A stretch of DNA of 57,537 nt from Candidatus Bathyarchaeota archaeon. Its GTDB lineage: Archaea > Thermoproteota > Bathyarchaeia > Bathyarchaeales > Bathyarchaeaceae. Each line of letters opens with the position of its first letter. The first letter of the stretch is position 1. The stretch spans positions 1,407,637 through 1,465,173 of the forward strand of contig CP070759.1 in NCBI GenBank assembly GCA_020348945.1. Reading direction: 5' to 3'. Under the pieces are notes generated by a model that saw only the letters and a list, made by a program, of their open reading frames with translations, searched no databases and was not told where the DNA came from. Below are positions 40,601 to 50,987 of the stretch, piece after piece. The translations under genes and the position numbers were made by a program.

Positions 40601-41719
40601 TTGTGTGAAAAAATGTATGAATCTACAGTTTTGGACCGGCTGGAAGAGGTCAGAAAGATCGATAAGAGCAACATACTGGGATATTGCGTAAAAACCAACA
40701 TCTACTGCGAAGACGCTGTGCAACGAGCTAAGCAAGTTTCAATCAAATATGGAAGGCCTAAACATATCGTACTTGTGGGCATGGGAGGCTCTGCCATAGG
40801 AGGAGAAATTCTTCGAGATTGGTTGCTGGACAAGGTTCCCGTCCCCATAGAAGTGTGCAGAGACTACAATTTACCCGCTTACGCAAATGAGGATACGCTG
40901 GTTTTCGCGATCAGTTGCTCGGGAAAAACAGAGGAAACGCTTAGCGCTTTTGTGGACGCCGTGAAGCGGGGATGCAAAATTATAACCATAACTTCCGGAG
41001 AACATCTACTTTCCTTTTCTGAGAAACTGGGAGTGCCCTACGTGATCGTGCCAAGTGAACTGCCCTCACGAGTTACCCTTCCCTATCTTTTCTTGCCGCT
41101 TCCCATTTTCCTAGAGAAACTGGGTGTTCTTCAAAATTGTGAGAAAGAGATTCAAGAAATGATACGGATCGTTAAGAAATTGTGCCAGGAAAACTCCCTT
41201 GAAATTCCTGCAAAAGAAAACCCGTCGAAAAAGCTTGCGTTGGAACTGAAGGGAACCATACCTGTCGTTTATGGGTTCCGGCAGTATTCAGCTATAGCTC
41301 GTCGGCTTAAGACTCAGTTCAACGAAAATAGCAAGGTTCCCTCTAGGTACGATGTGTTTCCAGAGCTTAATCATAACGAAGTTGTTGGATGGGAAGCGTC
41401 TGAAAGTCTTACTAAACGCTTCTCTGTCTTGCTCATCCGAGACCGTGAAGAGCCCAGGGAGATTAAGAACAGAATTGAGGCAACTAGATCTTTGATACTG
41501 CACAAGGCTCAGAAGGTTTTGGAGGTCTATGCGAGGGGAGAAAGTAAGTTGGCGAGAATGTTTTCAGTATTGTTCGTGGGAGACCTTGCAAGCGTTTACT
41601 TAGCTATTCTGCGTAACACTGATCCTACGCCAGTGGAGATTATCAGCAAAATGAAGGAAGAGATGGGGAAACGGTTCAACGTGATGGAAAGATTGAAGAG
41701 AGAAGTTTTGTCAAGATGA
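40601..41719 (+). CDS. Bifunctional phosphoglucose/phosphomannose isomerase
   Basis: GMGGSAIGG, S.SGKTEET, KTQFNENSK, PELNHNEVVG, DPTPV. Confidence 0.93.
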   Translation: MCEKMYESTVLDRLEEVRKIDKSNILGYCVKTNIYCEDAVQRAKQVSIKYGRPKHIVLVGMGGSAIGGEILRDWLLDKVPVPIEVCRDYNLPAYANEDTLVFAISCSGKTEETLSAFVDAVKRGCKIITITSGEHLLSFSEKLGVPYVIVPSELPSRVTLPYLFLPLPIFLEKLGVLQNCEKEIQEMIRIVKKLCQENSLEIPAKENPSKKLALELKGTIPVVYGFRQYSAIARRLKTQFNENSKVPSRYDVFPELNHNEVVGWEASESLTKRFSVLLIRDREEPREIKNRIEATRSLILHKAQKVLEVYARGESKLARMFSVLFVGDLASVYLAILRNTDPTPVEIISKMKEEMGKRFNVMERLKREVLSR

Positions 41720-41947
41720 ACGAAAAGCTTTGTCTTTTTATCTAGCGGATTGACCGCAATTGCTGTTGGAGCCCTCGTCGACATGCATACCATGTGGTAC
41801 GGGGCTGGAAGAAAGGTTCATGAATAAGATAGCAAAGGAGTCATCGGTGTTACTCCAATGATTTTTCCTATTTTTTTGACTTATAGAAGTTTGTTCCGCA
41901 AATGACAAATATGAGTTGTTGCTCTAGTTACAGTAGAGAATGGAAGG

Positions 41948-44900
41948 ATGATTAGGATAAAAGCAGTTTCTGGAATATTGCTGACTCTGCTGTTAATAGG
42001 CATGTTAACGTTGGCGTTTAATATTCAACTGGTTAAAGCGTCTGGAACCATTTATACTATTAGGGCTGATGGTTCGGTTGAGGGAATAAGCGAAGAATGG
42101 AGCAGAACCTTCGGCGGATCCAGCACTGAAGATGGCAATTCTGTTCAGCAGACCACGGATGGAGGATACATAATAGCTGGCAATACAGCTCCCCTCGACA
42201 CAACCTTGTATGATGTTTACCTGGTCAGGACCGACTCTGACGGAAACATGCTATGGAACAGAACCTTCGGCGGATCCAGCGGTGATTACGGCAGTTCTGT
42301 TCAGCAGACCTCTGACGGAGGATACATAATAGCAGGCCGGACATGGTCCTTTGGCGAAGGCGGTTTCGCGGATGTTTATCTTGTTAAGACCAACTCCGAT
42401 GGAAACATGCTATGGAACAGAACCTTCGGCGGATCCAGCGGTGATTACGGCTATTCTGTTCAGCAGACCACGGATGGAGGATACATAATAGCAGGCCGGA
42501 CAGCTTCCTTCGGGGCAGGCAGTAGTGATGTTTATCTTGTTAAGACCGACTCTGACGGAAATGAGGTCTGGAGTAAAACCTTCGGCGGATACGACTCTGA
42601 CTATGGCAATTCTGTTCAGCAGACCACGGATGGAGGATACATAATAGCTGGCAATACAGCTTCCTTCGGGGCGGGGTGGAGTGATGTTTATCTTGTTAAG
42701 ACCGACTCTGACGGAAACAGGCTATGGAGCAGAACCTTCGGCGGATCCAGAGGTGATTACGGCAGTTCTGTTCAGCAGACCTCTGACGGAGGATACATAA
42801 TAGCAAGTAGCACATGGTCCTTTGGCGCAGGCAGCGCGGATGTTTATCTTGTTAAGACCAACTCCGGTGGAAACATGCTATGGAGCAGAACCTTCGGCGG
42901 ATACGACTCTGACTATGGCTATTCTGTTCAGCAGACCTCTGACGGAGGATACATAATAGCAGGCCGGACATGGTCCTTTGGCGAAGGCGGTTTTGATGTT
43001 TATCTGATTAAATTAGCACTCGGAACAGAGATTCAACGTAACGGAGATGTTTACACCTTTACTGATAACATTCATGGTTCGCTTGTTGTGGAGAGGAATA
43101 ACATTGTGGTTGACGGGGCAGGCTACACCCTTCAAGGAACGGGAAGTGGAACAGGAATTGACCTGTCAGGAAGAAGCAACGTGACAATCAAGAATACGGA
43201 AATCAAATTATTCGAGTATGGCATCGGGCTATCTTCTTCTTCAAACAATAGTATTTCTGGTAACAACATAACAAACAACTTTCATGGCATCAAGCTCTAT
43301 GATTCTTCAAACACCACCATATCAGGAAACAATATGAAAGCGAACGAAGGACGTGGCATCTACCTCTCCAAGTCTTCAAACATCAGCATTTCTGGAAACG
43401 ACATAACAAACAATGATTGTGGCATAATAATCAGCTATTTTTCAAACAATAACACAATTTCTGGAAACACACTAACCGGAAACAACCGGTATGGCATCCT
43501 GCTCGATAGGTCTTCAAATAACACATTTAAAAATAATGATATTAGTAACAATGAAAACAACTTTGGAGTCAGCGGCTCGGAAGTTTCACACTACATTCAC
43601 GACATAGATGATTCAAATACTGTGGATGGTAAGCCAATCTACGTTTTGGTTAATAAACGAGACATGACTATTCCGCTTGATGCTGGATATGTAGCTCTTG
43701 CAAACTGTACAAACATAATTGTAGAAAACTTAAACCTCGTCAACAACGTGCATGGCGTACTACTGGCTTTCACGACAAACTCGACAATAATCAATAACAA
43801 CATAACAAACAATTGGTATGGCATAGAACTCTCTTCATCCTCAAGCAACACTATTTCCGGAAACAAAATAACAAACAATGAGTGTGGCATCCAGCTCTCT
43901 TCATCTTCAAGCAACACTATTTCTGGTAACAACATAATAAACAGATACATGAGGATGGGCATAGTACTCACTGAGTCTTCAAACAGCAACACTATTTCTG
44001 GTAACAACATGAACAGGAATAATGTCTGGATCAGATATTCTTCAAACAGCAACACTATTTCTGGTAACAACATAACAAACAACAATATTAACATCTATAT
44101 CTATGACTCTTCAAACAACATCATTCAAGGAAACAGCATAACAAACTCCGGTCAGTATAGCATCGAACTCTTTGCGTCTTCAAGCAACACTATTTCTGGA
44201 AACAACATAATAGAAAACCGGTTAGGCTTCTACTTGCATTCTTATTCAAACTACAACACTATTTCTGGTAACAACATAACAAACAACGAGTATGGTATCC
44301 GGCTCTCTGCTTCTTCAAGCAACACTATTCATGTAAACAACATAACAAACAACGAATATGGCATCACAATCAGTCCTGCATCTCAAAACAACATAATTTA
44401 TCATAATAACTTCGTGGATAACACTCAACAAGTGTGGATGAATCCACCTAGTTCTGGTTCAACGAATATTTGGGATGATGGCTATCCTTCTGGCGGTAAC
44501 TACTGGAGCGACCATGTTTGCACCGGTAATCCAAGCGACGGGTCACAGCCATACGTTATAGACGCAGACAACGTCGATCATTACCCCTTCCAAGACCCGG
44601 GGTGTCCAGATACGATACCACCCGCGATAATCGTTCTCTCACCTCAAAACACAACCTACACTACAAGTTCTGTCCCCCTAACCTTCACCATCAGCGAACC
44701 GGCATCTTGGATGGGTTACAGCCTTGATGGTCAACTAAACGTTACCGTTGCTGGAAACACAACTCTAACTGGTCTTTCTGACGGGGTTCATGGCATAACA
44801 CTGTACGCGAACGATACTTCTGGCAACATGGGCTCTTCCAGCAAGGTCTACTTTACAATAGACACGACTTCACCAACTACCACCGATAATTACGATGGCT

Positions 44901-46003
44901 TATGGCGTAATACTGCCTTCGAAATAACCTTGACAGCTACAGACGACATTAGTGGCGTAGCAGAAATTTATTATAAGATTAATTATGGCTCAGCCCAAAA
45001 CGTAAGCACACATGGACAGCCACTAATCACCACGGAAAGCGCCAACAACACAATAGAATACTGGAGCGTGGACAATGCTGGCGTCGAGGAGCTTCCTCAC
45101 AAAATCTTAACCGGAATCAAATTGGACATAACACAACCCGCAGCCAACGCTGGTCAAGACCAAACCGTTGCACAAGACACGCTAGTAAAGTTTAACGGCT
45201 CAGCCTCTCAAGACGAAAACGGCATCACAAGCTACACGTGGACTTTTACAGACGTAACACCACAAACCCTAATCGGCAAAAACCCAACATACAACTTCAC
45301 AACCCTAGGAACATACACAATCACTCTAAAAGTAACTGATCCAGCTGGCAACACAGTCACCGATACGGTCACTATCACCGTTCTACTTGACACAGACGGA
45401 GACGGAACGCCAGACACCACGGACCCAGATGATGACAATGATGGTATTAATGATGACGAGGACGCGTTTCCCCTTGACCCAACTGAAACGGTTGACACAG
45501 ATGGAGATGGAATGGGTAACAACGCCGACGATGATGATGATAACGATGGGGTGCTCGATGTTAATGATGCTTTTCCATTAGATCCAACCGAGTCTGCGGA
45601 TACAGATGGAGACGGCATCGGAGACAATGCTGATACCGACGATGACAACGATGGAGTTCCCGATGTTGACGACGCCTTCCCATTAAACGCCTCAGAATCT
45701 CTGGACACAGATAGTGACGGAGTCGGAAACAACGCAGACCCAGACAACGACAACGACGGAATACCAGACACATGGGAAACAGAAAACGGATTAAACCCGC
45801 TTGACACAGCTGATGCCTCCCTCGACCCCGATGGCGACGGTCTCACTAACCTCCAAGAGTATCAGGAAGGCACAGACCCAAACGTCTCTGACGCCGAAGC
45901 TCTACCAACCGAGGCGGTTCCTCTGTGGATCTTAGGCGCGACAGTGGCAGTGGTGATAGGAATAGCTGTTGCAGCAATGTTTCTCTGGAGAAGACGAAAA
46001 TAA
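41948..46003 (+). CDS. Large cell-surface protein: propeller-type repeats, NosD/CASH beta-helix, Ig-like/PKD domains, TSP3-like Ca-binding repeats, C-terminal TM anchor
   Basis: Signal peptide; 6x SVQQT.DGGYIIAG repeats; N.ISGNNIT.N repeats; GGNYWSD; ANAGQDQ PKD; DTDGDG..D.DDDNDG..DAFPLD repeats; TM + RRRK. Confidence 0.9.
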   Translation: MIRIKAVSGILLTLLLIGMLTLAFNIQLVKASGTIYTIRADGSVEGISEEWSRTFGGSSTEDGNSVQQTTDGGYIIAGNTAPLDTTLYDVYLVRTDSDGNMLWNRTFGGSSGDYGSSVQQTSDGGYIIAGRTWSFGEGGFADVYLVKTNSDGNMLWNRTFGGSSGDYGYSVQQTTDGGYIIAGRTASFGAGSSDVYLVKTDSDGNEVWSKTFGGYDSDYGNSVQQTTDGGYIIAGNTASFGAGWSDVYLVKTDSDGNRLWSRTFGGSRGDYGSSVQQTSDGGYIIASSTWSFGAGSADVYLVKTNSGGNMLWSRTFGGYDSDYGYSVQQTSDGGYIIAGRTWSFGEGGFDVYLIKLALGTEIQRNGDVYTFTDNIHGSLVVERNNIVVDGAGYTLQGTGSGTGIDLSGRSNVTIKNTEIKLFEYGIGLSSSSNNSISGNNITNNFHGIKLYDSSNTTISGNNMKANEGRGIYLSKSSNISISGNDITNNDCGIIISYFSNNNTISGNTLTGNNRYGILLDRSSNNTFKNNDISNNENNFGVSGSEVSHYIHDIDDSNTVDGKPIYVLVNKRDMTIPLDAGYVALANCTNIIVENLNLVNNVHGVLLAFTTNSTIINNNITNNWYGIELSSSSSNTISGNKITNNECGIQLSSSSSNTISGNNIINRYMRMGIVLTESSNSNTISGNNMNRNNVWIRYSSNSNTISGNNITNNNINIYIYDSSNNIIQGNSITNSGQYSIELFASSSNTISGNNIIENRLGFYLHSYSNYNTISGNNITNNEYGIRLSASSSNTIHVNNITNNEYGITISPASQNNIIYHNNFVDNTQQVWMNPPSSGSTNIWDDGYPSGGNYWSDHVCTGNPSDGSQPYVIDADNVDHYPFQDPGCPDTIPPAIIVLSPQNTTYTTSSVPLTFTISEPASWMGYSLDGQLNVTVAGNTTLTGLSDGVHGITLYANDTSGNMGSSSKVYFTIDTTSPTTTDNYDGLWRNTAFEITLTATDDISGVAEIYYKINYGSAQNVSTHGQPLITTESANNTIEYWSVDNAGVEELPHKILTGIKLDITQPAANAGQDQTVAQDTLVKFNGSASQDENGITSYTWTFTDVTPQTLIGKNPTYNFTTLGTYTITLKVTDPAGNTVTDTVTITVLLDTDGDGTPDTTDPDDDNDGINDDEDAFPLDPTETVDTDGDGMGNNADDDDDNDGVLDVNDAFPLDPTESADTDGDGIGDNADTDDDNDGVPDVDDAFPLNASESLDTDSDGVGNNADPDNDNDGIPDTWETENGLNPLDTADASLDPDGDGLTNLQEYQEGTDPNVSDAEALPTEAVPLWILGATVAVVIGIAVAAMFLWRRRK
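42098..43012 (+). repeat. Six tandem intragenic repeats of 156-159 bp
   Basis: Unit starts (TGG..AACCTTCGGCGGAT) at 42098, 42254, 42413, 42569, 42725, 42881. Confidence 0.92.
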
Positions 46004-46077
46004 CCCCTCAATTCCCTACTTTTTCCCAAAACAGATAAACTTTCGTTCGTGTTAGGAAGCTTTAATCTGCGTACAGC

Positions 46078-47145
46078 CTATTGTTCTCTTTTTCCCTGAA
46101 TAAACTCTTCAAACCATTTTTCAGCTATTTCTAACGGCAACATCTGCGGGGGATGTTTGAAGGCGTAAGCTGAAGCGCTCAGCAAAGAGCCGGCGACCTT
46201 CCGGTCGAGAGCAATTTTTGTCCCTCGTATGACATCGAACATGACGGAGCCCGCGTTTGGAGCGTCCACCGTGTTGAGTCGTATTTCAAGTTGCATGGGA
46301 ATCCCTCCAAAATGGAATCCTTTCATCCAAAAATAACTGTCTCGTCGGTTCTCCAAGAAGTCAACGTAGTCAGTGGTTCCCGCCACAACTGAAGCTTTGT
46401 ACGGCAGAGCCGTCTCCACTGATCTAGTTTTCACAATGCGTTTTGCTTCCCGCGCCCTCTCAAGGGTGTTGAGAGACTCTGTTCCTCCACCCACATCGAG
46501 CTGATAAGTTTGAGAAATCCGAACACCTCGATTCACCAACATTCTAAGTAGGGTTTTGTGGAGGATGGTGGCTCCCACTTGATCCACCAAATCGTCACCA
46601 ACGATTGGTAGACCAGCATCCTTGTAACGTTTGTCCCAAGCGGCGTCACTGGCTATGAAGGCAGGTGTGGCGTTAACGAAGGCACATCCAGCTTTCAGCG
46701 CTTCTTCAGCGTATTGCTGAGAAGCTTTTACGGCTCCGCTTGGAAGGAGATTAACAACTATTTCTGCACCGTTCTCCCTAAGTCTTTTAGCCACATCCAC
46801 TTCTGGAGACTCGCTGATCTTGATTATGTCTTTTACAGAGTTGCCGACGCCATCCAGAATAGGGCCCTTCAAAACTGGAACATTCATTTGGGAGACATCC
46901 ACGAATTTTAGGGTGTTGTTGGGTGGAGAGAAAATTGCTTCAGACAAATCTTTTCCAACTTTTCTAGCTTCGATGTCGAAAGCTGAAACGAACTCTACAT
47001 CGCTAGGATGGTATTCTCCGAGAAAGAGGTGTCTCAGGCCCACTGCATCCTCTTCTTTTTTTATGTTTCTGTAGTGATAAACTCCTTGAACCAGTGCTGA
47101 CGCGCAGTTTCCCACGCCGATCAATGCAATTTTGATTTTGGGCAT
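46078..47145 (-). CDS. ino1: myo-inositol-1-phosphate synthase
   Basis: IGVGNCASALVQG, FVNATP.FIAS, PIVGDD, QVGAT, DAPNAG. Confidence 0.92.
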   Translation of the reverse strand: MPKIKIALIGVGNCASALVQGVYHYRNIKKEEDAVGLRHLFLGEYHPSDVEFVSAFDIEARKVGKDLSEAIFSPPNNTLKFVDVSQMNVPVLKGPILDGVGNSVKDIIKISESPEVDVAKRLRENGAEIVVNLLPSGAVKASQQYAEEALKAGCAFVNATPAFIASDAAWDKRYKDAGLPIVGDDLVDQVGATILHKTLLRMLVNRGVRISQTYQLDVGGGTESLNTLERAREAKRIVKTRSVETALPYKASVVAGTTDYVDFLENRRDSYFWMKGFHFGGIPMQLEIRLNTVDAPNAGSVMFDVIRGTKIALDRKVAGSLLSASAYAFKHPPQMLPLEIAEKWFEEFIQGKREQ

Positions 47146-47295
47146 ACTTTTTCCCTCTTCAGAGTCAGCAACAAAGTTATAATAAATTACCGCATTAACT
47201 GCTCTTTGAAAGGCTCCAATTGAGGAGATGAATTGGTGAGGAAAGGAAAAAATAGGTTCCTACATCACTATTTAATGGTGCGAGGCGGGAGAGAC

Positions 47296-48246
47296 GTGAC
47301 TTTGTCTGCAGCAGAAATCTTGAAGGCAAAGAAAAACTTGGAAGGCATAATTCACTGCACACCTCTAACTTATTCTAAGACGCTTAGCCAAGTAAGCGGC
47401 GCAGAAATATACTTGAAATGGGAAAGCCTGCAAAAAACTAGATCCTTCAAGCCTCGAGGAGCATACAACAAAATTTGTTCGTTGACGCCTGAAGAACGCA
47501 GCAGAGGAGTTATTACGGCTTCATCTGGGAACCATGCTTTAGCCGTTGCCTTCGTTGCCAAAATAATGGGCATCAAAGCAACTGTTGTTGTGCCTGAAAA
47601 AGCTCCCAAGGTAAAGGTGGAGCGCTGTAGAGCTTTTGGAGCAGAAGTGGTGCTTAAAGGAGCTAACTACGACGAGTCCTTGATCTACTGCAAAAAGCTG
47701 GTTTCAAAGACTGGAGCAATCTACATCCCTGCCTTCGGGGATTACAAGGTTATAGCTGGTCAAGGAACAATAGGCTGCGAAATTTTGGAGGAAATACCCG
47801 ATGTGGACACGATCATAGTGCCTATTGGCGGTGGAGGCTTAATCTCAGGCATAGCTCTTTGGGCCAAGACGGTTAAGCCGGAAATAAGAGTTGTGGGCGC
47901 TCAGTCAAACGCTGCCTGCACCATGTATGAATGCTTTAAAGCTAAGAAAATTGTTGACGTCCATGTTTCACCTACCATAGCCGATGGGCTTGCAGGAGGA
48001 ATCATCCAGATGACCTTAGACCTTGTCTTGAAATACGTGGATGAAATCGTTTTGGCAGAGGAAAAAGAGTTAAAGAGCGCAATCTTTTGGGTTCTTAGAA
48101 ATGAACGTCAAGTTGTGGAAGGATCTGGCGTAGTGGGACCCGCAGCTATCCTGCAAGGGAATATACGGTTTAAGCGAGGCGAGAAGGTTGTTGTCGTGAT
48201 CTCAGGCGGCAACCTTGACATGGAGCTTTTGAACTTGCCAGAATGA
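47296..48246 (+). CDS. Threonine/serine dehydratase (short form, no regulatory domain)
   Basis: LKWESLQKTRSFKPRGA, SSGNHA, AGQGT, PIGGGGLISG, SGGN; GTG start 47296 preferred. Confidence 0.9.
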   Translation: MTLSAAEILKAKKNLEGIIHCTPLTYSKTLSQVSGAEIYLKWESLQKTRSFKPRGAYNKICSLTPEERSRGVITASSGNHALAVAFVAKIMGIKATVVVPEKAPKVKVERCRAFGAEVVLKGANYDESLIYCKKLVSKTGAIYIPAFGDYKVIAGQGTIGCEILEEIPDVDTIIVPIGGGGLISGIALWAKTVKPEIRVVGAQSNAACTMYECFKAKKIVDVHVSPTIADGLAGGIIQMTLDLVLKYVDEIVLAEEKELKSAIFWVLRNERQVVEGSGVVGPAAILQGNIRFKRGEKVVVVISGGNLDMELLNLPE

Positions 48247-48485
48247 AGACAGAGCTGTTAGAAGCTTATAGAAGAAAGCTTCTATGGACAAAAGAGCTCG
48301 GCTGAACGTTTCCATCATCCAATGCCCGTGATGCAGGCGATATTTCGCGGACACTGAAAACCAAAGACACTGGAAGCCAAACTAAACTTGACATGGTTGA
48401 AGTAAAAGGGAACAACGTTTGCTTTATTATCGACTAGCACCTTAAAGTTCTGTAAACGTTACAAAAACGTGGAGTTGAAAGGCTC

Positions 48486-50222
48486 ATGCAGTCCAGAGAC
48501 AAGTTCAAGATCATAAGCGAGATGGCGAGACGACGAGGCTTCTTCTGGCAATCCTATGAAATTTATGGTGGCGTAAGCGGTTTCATAACCCTTGGCCCCT
48601 TAGGCTCAACATTGAAAAGGAAGATTGAAGACAAGCTTCGAGACTTTTTCATCCGCAAACTCGGACTATTCGAAATCGAAACATCAGTGATTATGCCCGG
48701 GAAAGTGCTTGAAGCCTCGGGCCACGTGAAAGCCTTTCAGGAACCCATGGTGGAATGCAACAAGTGTACAAGAAAGTTTCGAGCCGACCATCTGCTTCTA
48801 GAGTTCGCAGGGATGAACGAGACGGACACTGAAAAACTTAGTTTGCAGAACTTGATGGGTGAAATCAACAAACGAGGGATTCATTGTCCCGAGTGTGGCG
48901 GAAACTTTGGTGAACCCAAACGCTTCTTAACCATGTTTGAAACCACTATTGGACCATATTCTGAAGCTGTTGGCTATGGTCGTCCTGAAGCGGCTCAGGG
49001 AATTTTCGTTGAATACAAACGCATCTACGAATGCGCGCGAAAAAAACTTCCGTTAGGGGTCGCCATTATCGGTCATGCCCTTAGAAACGAAATTTCACCG
49101 AGGCAGGGACCTATAAGATTAAGGGAATTCACAATTATGGACCTTGAATTTTTCTTTGATCCTGAGAAACCCCAGTGCACAATGTTGAAGGAAGTGGAGA
49201 ACGAAACTCTGAGGCTGCTACACGGAAAGATGGTGTTGAAGGGTGTAGAGGAACCCATTGAGGTCACGGTTAAGGAAGCTTTGAGTAAGAGGCTGATAGC
49301 GACTGAGTGGCAAGCATTTTTCATGGTGCTATCCAAGCGTTTTCTAACTGAACTAGGAGTGCCCGAAAACAAACAACGCTTCATCGAGAAGCAGGATTGG
49401 GAAAGAGCCCACTATTCCGTGCAGGGATACGACCAGCAAGTCTACCTAGACAGATGGGGCTGGGTGGAAGTTTCAGGACACAACTACCGAACGGATTACG
49501 ACCTAAAGTGTCACATGGAGTCCAGCGGCGTTGACATGACCGCGTTTAAAGAACACGAACAGCCTATCGAAAAAGAGGAGGTAACCGTTAAACCCATCAC
49601 GTCCAAAATTGGTCCAGCTTTCAAGGACGACACATCAAAAGTTGTCAAACTCCTCTCCACTCTAGACCCGAGAGAATTAGAAGTTTCCTTTAAGAAACAG
49701 GGCTTTCACATCGTTGAGTCCTTCAAAATCTTGCCACAACACGTTAAAATTGTCCATAAAAAAGTGAAAGAAAAAGGTAAACGGTTTATCCCACACGTGG
49801 TGGAGCCGAGTTTCGGTTTAGACCGACTTTTTTATGTGACTCTGGAATACGCCTACAAAACGAAGGAGGGTCGAACGCTGCTGAGCCTTCCGCGAGACCT
49901 TGCACCAGTGGAAATTGGTGTTTTTCCGTTAATGAGCAAAGACGGGTTGCCTGAGAAAGCGAGGCAAGTGTACCAACTGCTGATTAACTCGGGCTTCAAA
50001 GTGGAATACGACGAGTCGGGAGCAATTGGAAGGCGATACGCGCGAGCGGACGAAGTTGGCACCCCCCTCGGAGTTACAGTTGATTACAAAACGCTTGAAG
50101 ACGACACGGTGACCATACGAGACCGCAACACGTGGAGACAGGTAAGAAACAAAGTTCACAATCTTCCTGAACTGTTTCACGCCTACTTCAGCTACAAAAA
50201 AGAGTTCAAAGAGTTGAAATAA
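48486..50222 (+). CDS. glyS: Glycine--tRNA ligase (alpha2 type)
   Basis: EIYGG, RPEAAQG, RNEISPRQG..RLREF, PHVVEPSFG.DR, IGRRYARADE. Confidence 0.97.
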   Translation: MQSRDKFKIISEMARRRGFFWQSYEIYGGVSGFITLGPLGSTLKRKIEDKLRDFFIRKLGLFEIETSVIMPGKVLEASGHVKAFQEPMVECNKCTRKFRADHLLLEFAGMNETDTEKLSLQNLMGEINKRGIHCPECGGNFGEPKRFLTMFETTIGPYSEAVGYGRPEAAQGIFVEYKRIYECARKKLPLGVAIIGHALRNEISPRQGPIRLREFTIMDLEFFFDPEKPQCTMLKEVENETLRLLHGKMVLKGVEEPIEVTVKEALSKRLIATEWQAFFMVLSKRFLTELGVPENKQRFIEKQDWERAHYSVQGYDQQVYLDRWGWVEVSGHNYRTDYDLKCHMESSGVDMTAFKEHEQPIEKEEVTVKPITSKIGPAFKDDTSKVVKLLSTLDPRELEVSFKKQGFHIVESFKILPQHVKIVHKKVKEKGKRFIPHVVEPSFGLDRLFYVTLEYAYKTKEGRTLLSLPRDLAPVEIGVFPLMSKDGLPEKARQVYQLLINSGFKVEYDESGAIGRRYARADEVGTPLGVTVDYKTLEDDTVTIRDRNTWRQVRNKVHNLPELFHAYFSYKKEFKELK

Positions 50223-50314
50223 CCTATTAAGAATCAGCGTTTTTTCGCTATCCTTTTTAAGAGTGCCGCATGTAATATGTTAGATATCTGAAAGGACTTT
50301 CGAGAAGTGGAACA

Positions 50315-50974
50315 ATGGTTTTTCCAACGGAGACCGAGCAACGGGTGAAACGAAGAGCTCTCAGTGTTTGTCAAGAACACCTAAGAACGGTGTTGGCGAT
50401 CAGTCGCAAAGTTCCACAGATAGTGGACAGCTTCGTAAAGGAAGATAAAAAGACGGCTCATCAATTGTTCAGCGAGATCAAGGAGCTTGGGGACAGTGTG
50501 GACATGGCGAGACGCAAGGTTGCGCAGGAACTCGCTGAGATAGGAGCCATTTTGATTAGCCGCGAGGACTTCCTCCGCTTCACTAACCTAACAAGTGAGA
50601 TTGCAGACTTCTGTGAAGGCATAGCTTTTCGACTGTTAGAGATCTTGGAACGCAAATGGAAGGTAGCTCCCACCATCAAAAATGATCTACTGAAATTTTC
50701 GGAGGCGGTGTTTGACACGGTCTCAAAACTTCGAGAAACTGCGATGACTTTGAATTACGGTTCCATGAAGACTCTGGAGAAAGCTAGAGAAGTAGAGGTT
50801 GCTGAACGAATTGTGGATGACCTCTACCGGGAACTAGAGGTGAAAATCCTCAACAGCCAAGTGGAAATTCCAGCGCTTCTTCTCCTGAGAGACGTGATCG
50901 CGCTTATGGAAGATGCTGCGGACAAGGCTGAAGATGCCTCTGACGCCGCTCGTATATTGGCTTTTGGCATGTGA
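50315..50974 (+). CDS. DUF47/PhoU-like phosphate transport regulator
   Basis: All-helical; REDFLR, ERIVDDLYR, EDAADKAEDASD. Confidence 0.85.
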   Translation: MVFPTETEQRVKRRALSVCQEHLRTVLAISRKVPQIVDSFVKEDKKTAHQLFSEIKELGDSVDMARRKVAQELAEIGAILISREDFLRFTNLTSEIADFCEGIAFRLLEILERKWKVAPTIKNDLLKFSEAVFDTVSKLRETAMTLNYGSMKTLEKAREVEVAERIVDDLYRELEVKILNSQVEIPALLLLRDVIALMEDAADKAEDASDAARILAFGM

Positions 50975-50987
50975 AAGGGAAACATAA

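Noticed and set aside
42098..44350. Tandem repeats considered as CRISPR or DGR template/variable repeats
   Set aside because: The repeats are in-frame protein modules with no unique spacers; no reverse transcriptase or adenine-specific variation was seen.
48284..48385. Short ORF MDKRARLNVSIIQCP*CRRYFAD... with in-frame TGA, considered as a selenoprotein
   Set aside because: The TGA is at the x position of CPxC, not a Cys position, and no SECIS was seen nearby. It is more likely a CGA>TGA pseudogene remnant.
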